Assembly: GCA_041666485.1 (NCBI GenBank)
Contig: JBAYGW010000001.1
Location: 15,299 to 79,298 of the forward strand
Source: Patescibacteria group bacterium
GTDB lineage: Bacteria; Patescibacteriota; Patescibacteriia; UM-FILTER-42-10
Direction of reading: 5' to 3'
Length of the DNA stretch: 64,000 nucleotides
Shown here: positions 19,909 to 30,630 of the stretch, one piece after another
How the letters are laid out: each line of letters opens with the position of its first letter
How positions within the stretch are numbered: position 1 is the first letter of the stretch
The notes under the pieces: model-generated
Told to the model about the DNA's origin: nothing
Database searches by the model: none
The model's input: the letters and a program-made list of their open reading frames with translations, nothing else
Made by a program: the position numbers and the translations under genes

Positions 19909-20979
19909 TTATTTCTTTTTTGGCGCAAATGTGCCGGCATATATGATTTCCGGTGATTCGGGATCCACTAACAGGGTCGTAATTTTTCTGCCGGAAGGAA
20001 ATGTTTCAATTGTTTTCCAGGTTGTACTTGCATCAGTTGTTTTGTGAACAACTTTTCCGATTGTAAAATACATTTCGTCAGTATTATCCGGGTTTACACC
20101 TACAGTTGATATCGGCACTGAACCAAATGGAAAAAGCGTAGTGATCGGCTGCCATGTTAATCCAGAATCCGGACTTTTTATTAATCCATAATTTGTTGCA
20201 AGATAAAGAATCTCAGGATCATTTTCCGTAAATGTAAACCAGTTAATGGTAGTAGCCCCCGGCCAATCCTTAAAAGCATCCTTTGTAATCAATGTCCAGT
20301 TACTGCCCCCATCCGATGATTTATATATGCCCTGATCTAATGAAACGGCATATATAATTCGCGTATCTCTTGTGCTTACATACAGCCGCTTAATTGTTGT
20401 TTTCAACGGTGAATCCGAGTTAAGAGTTGTCCAGGTTTCGCCGGAATCAATACTTTCAATGATTTGTCCGTCCTGAGTCGCGGCAATAATTCTTGACGTG
20501 TCGTAGTAGTCAATATTTACGGATACAATGATCTGACCGCGCGGTTCAAGATAAATAGTTTCCCAATTTGCCCCGTCATCCTTCGTTTTGATTATACTTG
20601 ATCCGGTTGCCGTATAAACTGTTTCGGGGATTAGTGGGTCAATACTAATTGTTGAATAGTTTCCTGAGCTAATTCCAAATGCTGTCCAGGTCTCGCCGCG
20701 GTCTTTGGTACGCCATATACCATTGCTGTCTGTACCGATGTAGATTATATCTTTATTTTCAGGATGGAAAACCATTACAGTCGGATTAACATTATTGAGA
20801 GTGATTGTTTTGTTCTTTTCCGCGCGAACAAAAACTTTTTGCATCCATAATTCAGCGCTGTCATCCGAACGAAAAACACCCCCATCAATTGACTTTGTGG
20901 AAGAAATACTAACACATCCTGCTCCGGAAAGTGCGATTGAAAACAACAATAGGATAAATAATGATAGTGATTTACGCAT
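19909..20979 (-). CDS. Secreted or lipoprotein BNR/Asp-box repeat beta-propeller protein
   Basis: A signal peptide ending ..ALSGAGC, and at least six S/T-x-D-x-G-x-T-W motifs (TKDRGETWT, TKDDGANWET, SIDSGETWTT, SSDGGSNWT, SPDSGLTWQ, TTDASTTWKT). Confidence 0.65.
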   Translation of the reverse strand: MRKSLSLFILLLFSIALSGAGCVSISSTKSIDGGVFRSDDSAELWMQKVFVRAEKNKTITLNNVNPTVMVFHPENKDIIYIGTDSNGIWRTKDRGETWTAFGISSGNYSTISIDPLIPETVYTATGSSIIKTKDDGANWETIYLEPRGQIIVSVNIDYYDTSRIIAATQDGQIIESIDSGETWTTLNSDSPLKTTIKRLYVSTRDTRIIYAVSLDQGIYKSSDGGSNWTLITKDAFKDWPGATTINWFTFTENDPEILYLATNYGLIKSPDSGLTWQPITTLFPFGSVPISTVGVNPDNTDEMYFTIGKVVHKTTDASTTWKTIETFPSGRKITTLLVDPESPEIIYAGTFAPKKK

Positions 20980-21985
20980 TGGATTTAATTGTTAAAAAAT
21001 AATTTTCTAGTGCCAATTGAGGATTAATGCTATTAGTAAATTTTTCTTTTATGGAAAATAGTTTTTTTTGTTGGCTTATCAGATCTGCAAAAGAGTATTT
21101 GGCGGAGAGTTTTCTTAATACAGGCAGTTCAGCAGTGTTTATAATTTGTTTTTCCAGATAATTCTTAATTAAAATGCAATCATGCACAATTATGCTGAAA
21201 TAATTTATTAAATCACTTGCATTATCAATTCGTTCCTGATACTTTTTTAGTCCTAAATACTGCTGAATACATGCAAATTTTTCCGGGATGCCACTATTGT
21301 AAACCGACAATATTGCCTGAATATCATTTAAATATTTTTCGTATTTTTCTTGGTCATTATAGTATTCTATTGCTAAACCGGGCTTTCCCATCGCTAGCGC
21401 GGCGATTGTATCAGCTTTCAAAATATCACAGCCGCTATTTTGCAACATGTCTCTTATCTTTGATTTGGCGACTAATGAAAACTGGATAATTTGGCAACGT
21501 GATACAACAGTTGATGGAAGCGACTCTGTGTTCTCAGCAATAAGAATTATAATTGATTTTCCGGGAGGTTCTTCCAAAGTTTTTAGCAGAGCATTTGCCC
21601 CCTCAATATTCAGTTCATCGGCTGTATTGATAATCCCCACCTTTCTCTTACTTAAGAGGGTTGTTTTGTAAAAGTTATTTTGAAAAATTCGCAATTCACC
21701 CACAGAAATATTTTTTTTATCGGCCTCCTTCTGTAATAAATGAAAATCCGAATGAACATTTTTATCAAACTGCAGACATGAATCACATTTCCCGCAAGCT
21801 TTTATATTTTTGAGCGTGTCCCCTCTCTGACATAATGACGCTTTAGCAAAGCTATTTGCCAACTTGAATTTGCCTATTTTTCCAGGACCAACAAATAAGT
21901 ATGCGTGAGTAAATTTCTGGCCACTTATTGTATGATCCAGAAATTCTACTATCTTTTCGTTTCCTATAAACTCTTGTGGCGCCAT
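20972..21985 (-). CDS. holB: DNA polymerase III delta-prime subunit (clamp loader AAA+)
   Basis: HAYLFVGPGKIGK.. Walker A-like motif, a zinc module C-x-C-x2-C, and SRC (TVVSRCQIIQF). Confidence 0.8.
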   Translation of the reverse strand: MAPQEFIGNEKIVEFLDHTISGQKFTHAYLFVGPGKIGKFKLANSFAKASLCQRGDTLKNIKACGKCDSCLQFDKNVHSDFHLLQKEADKKNISVGELRIFQNNFYKTTLLSKRKVGIINTADELNIEGANALLKTLEEPPGKSIIILIAENTESLPSTVVSRCQIIQFSLVAKSKIRDMLQNSGCDILKADTIAALAMGKPGLAIEYYNDQEKYEKYLNDIQAILSVYNSGIPEKFACIQQYLGLKKYQERIDNASDLINYFSIIVHDCILIKNYLEKQIINTAELPVLRKLSAKYSFADLISQQKKLFSIKEKFTNSINPQLALENYFLTIKSNA

Positions 21986-22086
21986 ATATGCAAATTAATT
22001 AACCGTTTTTATTATAAAATAACCTCATAATTTGGAGGATAATGCAATCATATCACATTCTAAAGCACCATTCAAGCCGTATTTTG

Positions 22087-23301
22087 TCAACTATGAACCG
22101 ATGTTTTAATATTTTGTAGGGTTTCTGCTGCGGTTTTTCCCCAGCTAAATCGCTTGATTCTTAAGTATCCGTTTTTTACCAGGTTATCCCTTACAAAACC
22201 CTCATTGTTTATGACCGATGACACTGATTTTGCGATTGCGGCGGGTTCATTTGGGTCAACAAGTAGCGCGGCATCTCCCACTACTTCTGGAATTGAGGCT
22301 GAATTTGAAGCTACGACCGGCGTGCCCACCGACATTGCTTCAAGTGGCGGTATACCAAACCCTTCATAAAAACTTGGAAATACAAAAACCTCAGCCGATT
22401 TAAGCAGTAATATTCTTTCTTCTTCAGTAACCCAGCCGGGCTGTATAACATGGTCTTCCAGCCCGTACTCCATGATCTTTTCTTGAGCTGACTCAAAGCG
22501 ATATCCGGGTTTTCCGATCAAGACTAATTGACCATCATAATTGTAATTCTTTTTCAAAATATTGAAGGCCTCAATTAAACCGGAAATATTCTTCTTTTCT
22601 TCAAGTCTGCCGATATATATGACAAATGATTTTTTGATACGGTATTTTTTTAAAATAAGATCAATCTCGTTTGATGATAAATCAGCCTGTAGTCGAGAGT
22701 TGTCATAAGCAAGAGGTATCACAGTAATTTTATTTTCGTATTTTTGCCCAAACAGTTCCAAAATCTCTGACTTTGTAAAATTAGAGATAGTTAGAATCTT
22801 TTTTGCATGTTTAAGCGCAAATCGGGCTGAAAAACGATGGTAGTCATACTCATTACTGCCGTACTTACCCATTGTAAAAATTTTTACTAAAATATTTATC
22901 AGCCATTTACTGAATGATGTTTTATAACCGATTGAATTCTTGGAATACAGTTTGTGGAATCTTTCAAAGCCAACATCATGCAGTGTTGTTACTGTGTTCT
23001 TCGGATGTATAACAGGAATTGTGTGAGCGGGAACAAAAAGAACATCGGGTTTTCTATAAAACATCTCCCAGGAAAGCCTTATCTGAGTCCATAAAAATTT
23101 TGGTGGCCATTTTAGCACTTTGCTGACAAAATTGGCCGGCAATTCGGCAAGCTCGCCCCTCAGCGGTTCCTTGGAATACAAAATAAACTGATCATTTGGA
23201 TCAGCGATTTTTTTAAATTCCTGAATTAGATAATAGGCATACCACTCTGTTCCGGTTCTTCTTAGTTCATTTGCTCTGGAAGCATCAATGCCAATTATCA
23301 T
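22087..23301 (-). CDS. Glycosyltransferase family 4 (GT-B, RfaB-like)
   Basis: EX7E-type C-terminus (FVFPSFYEGFGIPPLEAMSVGTPVVASN). Confidence 0.8.
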   Translation of the reverse strand: MIIGIDASRANELRRTGTEWYAYYLIQEFKKIADPNDQFILYSKEPLRGELAELPANFVSKVLKWPPKFLWTQIRLSWEMFYRKPDVLFVPAHTIPVIHPKNTVTTLHDVGFERFHKLYSKNSIGYKTSFSKWLINILVKIFTMGKYGSNEYDYHRFSARFALKHAKKILTISNFTKSEILELFGQKYENKITVIPLAYDNSRLQADLSSNEIDLILKKYRIKKSFVIYIGRLEEKKNISGLIEAFNILKKNYNYDGQLVLIGKPGYRFESAQEKIMEYGLEDHVIQPGWVTEEERILLLKSAEVFVFPSFYEGFGIPPLEAMSVGTPVVASNSASIPEVVGDAALLVDPNEPAAIAKSVSSVINNEGFVRDNLVKNGYLRIKRFSWGKTAAETLQNIKTSVHS

Positions 23302-23318
23302 AAGGTTCAGTAATGAAT

Positions 23319-24323
23319 TTATTTTGTTTCTAATATACTGCGCTTATAGGAATCCAAATTTTCCAGGGCAATTCCCGTACCTCTCACAACCGAAAGTAAC
23401 GGCTCGTCGGCGACATATGAAGGAACACCGGTGGTTCTTGTGAGCAGTTTATCAATATTTCTTAGTAAACCTCCGCCGCCGCTAATTACAATTCCACGGT
23501 CAATAATATCAGCGGCAAGTTCCGGAGGCGTATCTTGAAGCACGTCCTTGACCGCCAGTACAATACCTCTCAATTCTTCTTCAATAGCTTCAGTAACATC
23601 ATCACTGGTCGCGGTGATTGTGCGCGGTAGTCCGGTAACAATATCACGACCTCTGATATCGCTCGTCAGCTTTTCCGTCATTGGTAACGCGGATCCGATA
23701 TTTATTTTTAATAATTCAGCGGTCTTTTCACCAATTGCCAAGTTATATTTTTTTCTGATGTATTCCGCGATTGCGTTATCAAATTTATTACCGCCGATTC
23801 TTACTGAAGTATTGGTGACCATTCCGCCAAGTGAAATTACAGCTACCTCTGATGTTCCTCCTCCGATATCTATGATCATATGGCCAGATGCCGAACCGAT
23901 CGGAATGTTTGAACCGATCGCCGCGGCAATTGGTTCCTTGATAATATAAGCGGCCTTTGCCCCGGCTTGTAATGTTGCGTCAATCACCGCACGGCGCTCA
24001 GTGGAGGTAATTCCGGCGGGAACAGCAATCATCACTTCCGGACGAAACAGACGGACCCCACCCAATGCTTTGTTAACAAAATATCTCAGCATGCTTTCAG
24101 TAGTCTTGTAATCGGCGATTACGCCGTCCTTTAACGGTCGTGATGCGACTATCGTATCGGGCGTTCTGCCCAGCATCTCATTTGCTTCATTTCCTACTGC
24201 TAGGACTCTTTTATCAGAAATTGAAATAGCCACTACTGAAGGTTCATTTATTACAATACCGCGCTTTGGTACGTAAACCAGCGTATTTGCAGTTCCTAAA
24301 TCTATTCCAATTTTTCTAGACAT
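23319..24323 (-). CDS. Second MreB-family actin homolog (MreB/Mbl paralog)
   Basis: GIDLGTANTLVYVPKRGIVINEPSVVAI and IIDIGGGTSEVAVISLGG, about 60% identical to the mreB at 15947-17002. Its start overlaps the upstream gene's stop by 1 nt. Confidence 0.85.
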   Translation of the reverse strand: MSRKIGIDLGTANTLVYVPKRGIVINEPSVVAISISDKRVLAVGNEANEMLGRTPDTIVASRPLKDGVIADYKTTESMLRYFVNKALGGVRLFRPEVMIAVPAGITSTERRAVIDATLQAGAKAAYIIKEPIAAAIGSNIPIGSASGHMIIDIGGGTSEVAVISLGGMVTNTSVRIGGNKFDNAIAEYIRKKYNLAIGEKTAELLKINIGSALPMTEKLTSDIRGRDIVTGLPRTITATSDDVTEAIEEELRGIVLAVKDVLQDTPPELAADIIDRGIVISGGGGLLRNIDKLLTRTTGVPSYVADEPLLSVVRGTGIALENLDSYKRSILETK

Positions 24324-26296
24324 TACTTGAATTTTACACTAAATTCACGATCTTGCCCAAGATCCGTAGGGAAAGTTACTATATTTTGCCCATCTTGAGC
24401 ACCTTTGTCAATAGGATAGTACGAATCAATCCTTTTCCCCAGATCAAGTTTTATGTTTAGTCCATAAGTAGCTGTTCCGGATTGCTTTTGCACAAATAAT
24501 GAGTAATCGCCTGCAGCAATTTTCTCAGAAATTTTTTGTGGCAGTTTATAATTAAACATCAACTCACCTTGTTCCTGCGGTTCTATAGAAATGAATCCGC
24601 CAAATACTGTTTTTCCAAATTCTGTGGTAATCTCCACTTCACCTGGCTTACCTCCGTGCAATTTATCATTTTCCATGACTCCTCCCGAATTCAAAAGCTC
24701 GCTTCCTTCCGGAACGTATACACGGGTGTAGGTTCTGTAGCGCGTTGATTTCCAATTAAAAGTTCCCTGATTGTCATAATGAATCTTAACCGTGGCAATA
24801 TAGTCATTGTCAGAGTTCTTTTCCACATTATAATTGATCGTGCGGATAACTCCGGGATCGGATTTAAGACTGGCCATGTTTGAATCAACAATGTGCAAAT
24901 AATCGCCGTCCACTGAACGGATACTGCCGCCCCAGCCCTGATCAAGTATTGATTGTTGTATCCCCTTATCTTTCAAATAAAGGAGTATGTGCTTTGCATT
25001 TGTATCTTTTTGAAACGTAGTCCATAAATCAGGCCATTTGTTGGATGGAAGCTCAAGTACTTTATCCAAAAGTTTGGATGATAATACGCCGATTATCTCT
25101 TTTCGCTCTGTTTCTGAAATACCCTGGCGATAAAATCCCTGCTCAACCTGATACTGAAGTGTTTCTATAAAATTTTCAGAAGTAAACGTAATTCCATTAA
25201 CATCAATCGGACCGGTTAAGGCAATAAGCGATTCAATAAATGTTGGGGTAACGGCAATTACTCCGTCAATTTTGTTTTCAGTTCCGCCTTCCTGATGATA
25301 AAACCACTCAGCCTTTTCCGCCGTGGTTGGAAAATCAGGTGACCAGTTAGAGTCACGCATAAACCATTTGTCGGCGCTTAAATATTTCTGCAGTTGCCAG
25401 GGCGGCTCAGCAATTAATGTGCTGTGGTTAGGTGTATCAAGATTATAAATATTATCGGTATTAAAATAATCAATCGCGCCGTTACTCAATTTTAGTATCC
25501 CGTATGTTCCAATAAATCCTCCGGTGGGTCTCAGTTCGGTGTTATTTTGGAGTAAAAATAAGTAAGTCTTTTTAGCAGGATAGCCCGCGATTTGCGGGAT
25601 TGATTCCGCAGCAGGAATTGCCAATTCCAAGCCGCTCTGTATTGCCGGTAACTGCTCCTTTAATGGCGTAACAATTTTCTTTATTGAACCAATCAAACCT
25701 TTTTCAGGAATGTTATCAATCGCCTCAACTGCCAAATCTATATCAGCCTTTACTCCCTGGAGTAGCGGCGGAGCCTCGTAGATTGTTTTAAGTATTCTTT
25801 TCGTCTGTTCCGGAGAAATCGTTGATAGACTTACTGTTCCTCCATCTTTCTTTAGAGGCGCAAAAACAGAATCACCTAAATCGGTTATATCCTGTAAACC
25901 ATTGCCCAGCTGAATCGTTGCAATTAATATATTATCTACGGCATTAATCTGCCGCCCTAGAACTGGTATAAATTTAAGATATTTCAGCTTTTGAATTTCA
26001 GTTTTTGAATTTTGCAGTTTTTCGTCCGCTGTAACTAATGCTCTCTTTGCTCCGCTAAAATCCTGTGCCCCAATTGCACCTTGTGCTCTAACAAAGTCCT
26101 CTCTACCGGCTAGTGCAAAATCATATGCTGACTTAACGGTAGGATAATAGATGATAATGGGAATGATAACTAAAACAGCAAGACCTGCGACATAGTAGAT
26201 CCATTTCCTAGAATGTTTCCCCTTTTTGCCTTGACGGGGGTTTTTTTCCGCAAAGTTCAACAAGTGATTAATCTTCTGCTTGCTATTTTTTTTCAT
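24323..26296 (-). CDS. Membrane-anchored extracytoplasmic protein, DUF4012-like
   Basis: 657 aa with a single N-terminal TM and a conserved core (KKTYLFLLQNNTELRPTGGFIGTYGILKL) resembling DUF4012, recalled from memory and not verified. It is translationally coupled to mreB2. Confidence 0.55.
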   Translation of the reverse strand: MKKNSKQKINHLLNFAEKNPRQGKKGKHSRKWIYYVAGLAVLVIIPIIIYYPTVKSAYDFALAGREDFVRAQGAIGAQDFSGAKRALVTADEKLQNSKTEIQKLKYLKFIPVLGRQINAVDNILIATIQLGNGLQDITDLGDSVFAPLKKDGGTVSLSTISPEQTKRILKTIYEAPPLLQGVKADIDLAVEAIDNIPEKGLIGSIKKIVTPLKEQLPAIQSGLELAIPAAESIPQIAGYPAKKTYLFLLQNNTELRPTGGFIGTYGILKLSNGAIDYFNTDNIYNLDTPNHSTLIAEPPWQLQKYLSADKWFMRDSNWSPDFPTTAEKAEWFYHQEGGTENKIDGVIAVTPTFIESLIALTGPIDVNGITFTSENFIETLQYQVEQGFYRQGISETERKEIIGVLSSKLLDKVLELPSNKWPDLWTTFQKDTNAKHILLYLKDKGIQQSILDQGWGGSIRSVDGDYLHIVDSNMASLKSDPGVIRTINYNVEKNSDNDYIATVKIHYDNQGTFNWKSTRYRTYTRVYVPEGSELLNSGGVMENDKLHGGKPGEVEITTEFGKTVFGGFISIEPQEQGELMFNYKLPQKISEKIAAGDYSLFVQKQSGTATYGLNIKLDLGKRIDSYYPIDKGAQDGQNIVTFPTDLGQDREFSVKFK

Positions 26297-27111
26297 TTAT
26301 TTTTTATCGGTAATGGTTTTCCTTTAAATTTTTTTGCGTAATGTAAAAAATCTCTAACATGGACTCGGGTAACATAATTGAAAATACCGGACAATCCAGG
26401 GCTCGCCGCGGACTCTCTATGATGGTAGTGAATCATTTTTGAATCCGCTACGTAGTATACTTTATAGTTTTTTTCCCAAAACATTCTGCACCAATCCGTG
26501 TCGCCAATATAAAGAAAATATTCCTCATCCAGTAATCCCACGTCATCAATCGCTGATTTTCTTGCTAGGATAAATGCACCGAATAACCAGTCAACAGGCC
26601 GGTTACTATTATGATCAAAATCAAGCATCAGATAGTTATTCAGGTATTTTTGTGCGGATTTTGTCTTACCAAGAGGGCTTCTTCTGTACAACGGCATTAT
26701 TCCGGTCGGAAAACGGAGACATGAATTCTGGACTGATCCGTCGGGATTGAGTAATTTCGGTCCGCAACACCCAACATCCGGATTATTATCCATAAAGGAT
26801 ACTAATTTTTCCACTGAGCCGGAAGCAATAACGATATCGGGATTGACTATTGCAATATATTTACCGTGGGCTGCTTTAATACCGGCGTTATTGCCCGCAC
26901 TGAATCCTTTATTTTGTGTTTGCTCTATAAAACGAACCGAAGGAAATTCAGCCTTTAAGCTTTTTACACCACCAGTTGGTGAAGCATTATCAACTACAAT
27001 AATTTCATAATCAACAGAAATATTTGATTTCAAAATATTCTTCAGACAGTACCGCACAAGGCCTGCAGATTTATAGTTTAAAATAATTAATGATAGAGTC
27101 ATTGGAACCAC
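26293..27111 (-). CDS. Glycosyltransferase family 2
   Basis: GT-A N-terminus LIILNYKS..EIIVVDNAS, a DxD motif, and NTGFSAGNNAG. Confidence 0.8.
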   Translation of the reverse strand: MVPMTLSLIILNYKSAGLVRYCLKNILKSNISVDYEIIVVDNASPTGGVKSLKAEFPSVRFIEQTQNKGFSAGNNAGIKAAHGKYIAIVNPDIVIASGSVEKLVSFMDNNPDVGCCGPKLLNPDGSVQNSCLRFPTGIMPLYRRSPLGKTKSAQKYLNNYLMLDFDHNSNRPVDWLFGAFILARKSAIDDVGLLDEEYFLYIGDTDWCRMFWEKNYKVYYVADSKMIHYHHRESAASPGLSGIFNYVTRVHVRDFLHYAKKFKGKPLPIKNK

Positions 27112-28106
27112 CTCTGTAATTTATTTTTAGACAGTTTTATTTTAGAATTGACCGTTGCTCTTTTTTTTAATATTTGAGGGAGATTGCGGAAAAAGCTTAT
27201 TAAAGCGCTCAGCGATGACGGTTCTCGCAGGAGTAAATAGACAAATTTCTTAATCTCGTACCAGATAAGAAAAGGGTTAAATAGTATATTTACCCAGGCT
27301 TCGTTTTTAATCAGCATAAACCAATGATTGCGGTAGGACAAATAGTTCACTTTATTGGATTTATTTTGCCGGTTTCTAATCGTACCCTGATCGGACAGAT
27401 CTGTTGCCATTGCCGCGCCTCTGGCGTGGATTGCTACTGCTGACGCGATATAAGAAGATGAATAACCAAGCAATTGAAGTCGCCATGCCAGATCAACATC
27501 TTCTTTATACGAAAAAAAACTCTCGTCAAAATATTGGTTGTTGTAGGCAATAGCATTCAGTGCCGCTCTTTGGTACATAACTAGAGCGCCTGATATACCA
27601 AATACTTCCCCGGAATTGCTGAATTTATCCGAATTTCTTTCATTTTCTCCCCGATCAACAGCTCTTCTGCTGCGATTAATTGCGATTCCAGTAGAATCAA
27701 TAATATCAGAGTTGGCGGGGTTATTCAAGTCTGCAGTTGACTTCAATAGTTTACCGCCGACAGAGCCGATAGTTGAGTCGGACTTGATTTTATAATAAAG
27801 TTGCTCAAGCAAATTAGCGGCCATTACAATATCTGTATTGCAGAGCAGTACGTATGGCGATTTTGAAAGACTTATCCCCTGATTATTTGCCTTTGCAAAG
27901 CCCAGGTTACTGTTATTTCTGATTATGGTTACGTTCGGATAATTTTGTTCAATCCAAAATACAGAATTATCAGATGAGCCGTTGTCAACAACTATCACTT
28001 CAAAATTTCGCAAAGTCTGAATATTAATGGAATTAAAAAGCGTCGGAAGATATTTTATACTATTCCAGGTAACAATAATAATTGAAATTTCTGGTATGTT
28101 ATTCAC
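27099..28106 (-). CDS. Glycosyltransferase family 2
   Basis: ISIIIVTWNS..EVIVVDNGSSDNS. Confidence 0.8.
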   Translation of the reverse strand: MNNIPEISIIIVTWNSIKYLPTLFNSINIQTLRNFEVIVVDNGSSDNSVFWIEQNYPNVTIIRNNSNLGFAKANNQGISLSKSPYVLLCNTDIVMAANLLEQLYYKIKSDSTIGSVGGKLLKSTADLNNPANSDIIDSTGIAINRSRRAVDRGENERNSDKFSNSGEVFGISGALVMYQRAALNAIAYNNQYFDESFFSYKEDVDLAWRLQLLGYSSSYIASAVAIHARGAAMATDLSDQGTIRNRQNKSNKVNYLSYRNHWFMLIKNEAWVNILFNPFLIWYEIKKFVYLLLREPSSLSALISFFRNLPQILKKRATVNSKIKLSKNKLQRWFQ

Positions 28107-29628
28107 GATTTTCTTTGCTCAAAGTATTATCCGCCGGAACATGATTGGTTAATGAAACGAATACAGCGGTGGTCAGTAATAAATAACCAATACCTAGTGG
28201 ATGGTTTAAATACGGGGTTGTTGCATTGATTGTGCACAGTACCACTAAGCCGACCAGTAGACCAATTATCAGTGAACTTTCCAATGGACGCTGAACATAC
28301 AGCCGGTACGCCCGCATGCCATATCGGAAAAGTGAAACTAATAGCAATAAATATGCCAGCAAACCAAATATTCCCATCTCAATCCATGTATCAAGATAAC
28401 CCCACTCAAATGAAAATGTTTTATACATACCGTCCGGGTTTGCCGCCAGTGCTCGTGGGTCTGATGTCTGGTATGTAACAGAAGTGCCAAAACCGGAGCC
28501 AAGAATCGGATTCTCACGTATTTTATCCATTAGAGGATCAAGCAATTTAAACCGGCTGGCGGATGCCGCCTCCTCTGTTACGTCCTTAGTCCTTTCTTCA
28601 ATTAATCCCCCGCTAAAGGATGAAGGATTCGGCCAGGGAAATTTGATTATTCCTAATACGGAAATATAGACAACCAAAAAAACGGAAAACATGGATAGTC
28701 CAACCTGAAAAGTTTTTTTCATTGACAGCTTCATAATGAACAGGATGGCATACATAAGAAAAACAATCCCGACGATTCCGCCAAGCCAAAAACTCCGTGA
28801 ATAACTGACAAAAGTCACTAGGGCGGATAAAAAACCAACGAGCGAATAAATTAAGTAATCTCCTCTTTTGAAATTATTTTTAGTGACATTAATGAGGATG
28901 GCTGATATCACAAAAAAACTGAAAATTGCGTATATATGGCTCTGGAAAAATATTCTGTAAAAATCATTATCCATTTTAGTAATTTCGCCTACGCCGGTAT
29001 CGCGTACCCATTTATAAAGGCTGGGCAAAACAAACTGAACCTGATGGGAAAATAGAAACAAAAGTACTACAGTTTTAATAAGCATGGCTAAAACAGCTGC
29101 GGATGCAACCTGGAATACCCTTTGAATCTGCCTAGCGCTTGATACAGCAGAGATAAATACAGGCAGTAGGGCAAAAAACAGCCACCCGTTTACATCGTAA
29201 AAAATATCCTTTATTGGATTATTATTCAAGTATCCGACCAGAATTCCTAGCACAACAAATACTAAAACAATTCCGTACCATTTAATTAAGCCAAAGTTTT
29301 TAAACCTGAATTTTCTAACAAATATTTCCCTGACAGCCCATACAGTAAAAATTGACAAAAACAATCCTAGGCGCAACGATACGGAGATCCCGGATATTTC
29401 GTAAGAAAACAAATATCCTTTTGAACCGATAATTAGTTCCGCTAAAATAAAATATATTCCGTACTCTATTTTCCAGATCGCGAGGCCCGCGGCAATAATT
29501 ATCAAAGCAAAAAAACCACCAGTTTTCAATATTGGATAAAAAGATGCAGTATACGAAATAAACTCAATCAGAGTAATGATTAATAACGTATAAACAAAAT
29601 TTCTACCCAGCAATCTTATTGATTTCAT
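28099..29628 (-). CDS. O-antigen ligase/polymerase-like (Wzy_C) polytopic membrane protein
   Basis: About 12 TM helices with a large periplasmic loop near the C-terminal third, embedded in a GT cluster. Confidence 0.6.
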   Translation of the reverse strand: MKSIRLLGRNFVYTLLIITLIEFISYTASFYPILKTGGFFALIIIAAGLAIWKIEYGIYFILAELIIGSKGYLFSYEISGISVSLRLGLFLSIFTVWAVREIFVRKFRFKNFGLIKWYGIVLVFVVLGILVGYLNNNPIKDIFYDVNGWLFFALLPVFISAVSSARQIQRVFQVASAAVLAMLIKTVVLLFLFSHQVQFVLPSLYKWVRDTGVGEITKMDNDFYRIFFQSHIYAIFSFFVISAILINVTKNNFKRGDYLIYSLVGFLSALVTFVSYSRSFWLGGIVGIVFLMYAILFIMKLSMKKTFQVGLSMFSVFLVVYISVLGIIKFPWPNPSSFSGGLIEERTKDVTEEAASASRFKLLDPLMDKIRENPILGSGFGTSVTYQTSDPRALAANPDGMYKTFSFEWGYLDTWIEMGIFGLLAYLLLLVSLFRYGMRAYRLYVQRPLESSLIIGLLVGLVVLCTINATTPYLNHPLGIGYLLLTTAVFVSLTNHVPADNTLSKENRE

Positions 29629-30545
29629 TGAATATTTATTTTATTATTTTTCTGCTCAAATACACCGACGATCGCTGATAATGCAATACTAATCGGAATA
29701 AACATCATAAGTATCCAGTAGACAAATCGGCCATGATGCTTTTTCATATAATACAGCAGACTCTTGTTAAAAAGCTTTTGCTCCTTAACCGCGCATAAGC
29801 GTGCGAAACTCTGGCTCTGATTATGAATAATAGAAAAGGTCGGTGAATATATCACTTCCCACCCGGCTGATTTAGCGCGTCTACAGTAGTCCACATCTTC
29901 AAACCAAATCCAGAAATGTTCATCCAGCATGCCGATCTGCTCAATACAGGAACGGCGCAGGAACATATAGGCCCCCATCACCTGATCAACTTTCTGCTCT
30001 TTTGTATAATCAAAATCCAGAGCAAAATATTTTTTTATTGGTTTTAGATTCGGAAAAAAATTATGCAATTTGCAAAGAACTAAAATTTGCGAAAGCAGAG
30101 AAGGAAATTTTCTTACCGAGTATTGCATTGTCCCGTCAGGATTATGAATCGCACAACCCAGGATGCCAGCTTTTTCATAATTCCGCATATATGCAATAGA
30201 ATCAATTAGGGTATTTTCATTTACTTTAGTATCGGGATTCAGCAGTAACACATACCCTCCGCGGGAAATTTTGATTGCCTGATTGTTTGCTTTGGCAAAT
30301 CCTTTGTTAGCCGTATTCCGTATCAGATTTATATCAGTATAGGAATCAGTAATAACTTTTGTGGTATTATCCTTGGAATTATTGTCAACAACAAAAACCT
30401 CAATATTAAGGTTTTGTTTTGCCTTTTCAATGGATGTTAAACAGTCCGATATGTCCTTTTCAGAATTCCAGGTTACAATCACAATTGATAGATCAACTTC
30501 ATTGCTCATAGTCCATATTTTACGATATTCAAGGGCTTCTGGCAA
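29625..30545 (-). CDS. Glycosyltransferase family 2
   Basis: LSIVIVTWNSEKDI..EVFVVDNNSKDNT. Confidence 0.8.
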   Translation of the reverse strand: MPEALEYRKIWTMSNEVDLSIVIVTWNSEKDISDCLTSIEKAKQNLNIEVFVVDNNSKDNTTKVITDSYTDINLIRNTANKGFAKANNQAIKISRGGYVLLLNPDTKVNENTLIDSIAYMRNYEKAGILGCAIHNPDGTMQYSVRKFPSLLSQILVLCKLHNFFPNLKPIKKYFALDFDYTKEQKVDQVMGAYMFLRRSCIEQIGMLDEHFWIWFEDVDYCRRAKSAGWEVIYSPTFSIIHNQSQSFARLCAVKEQKLFNKSLLYYMKKHHGRFVYWILMMFIPISIALSAIVGVFEQKNNKINIQ

Positions 30546-30630
30546 TTACCCATCAAAACACCAAAAAGGCTCACAGCGTTCAATATTTTGCTGATACAGG
30601 AGTAATATTTGGTAAATAAGACGATGTGTA

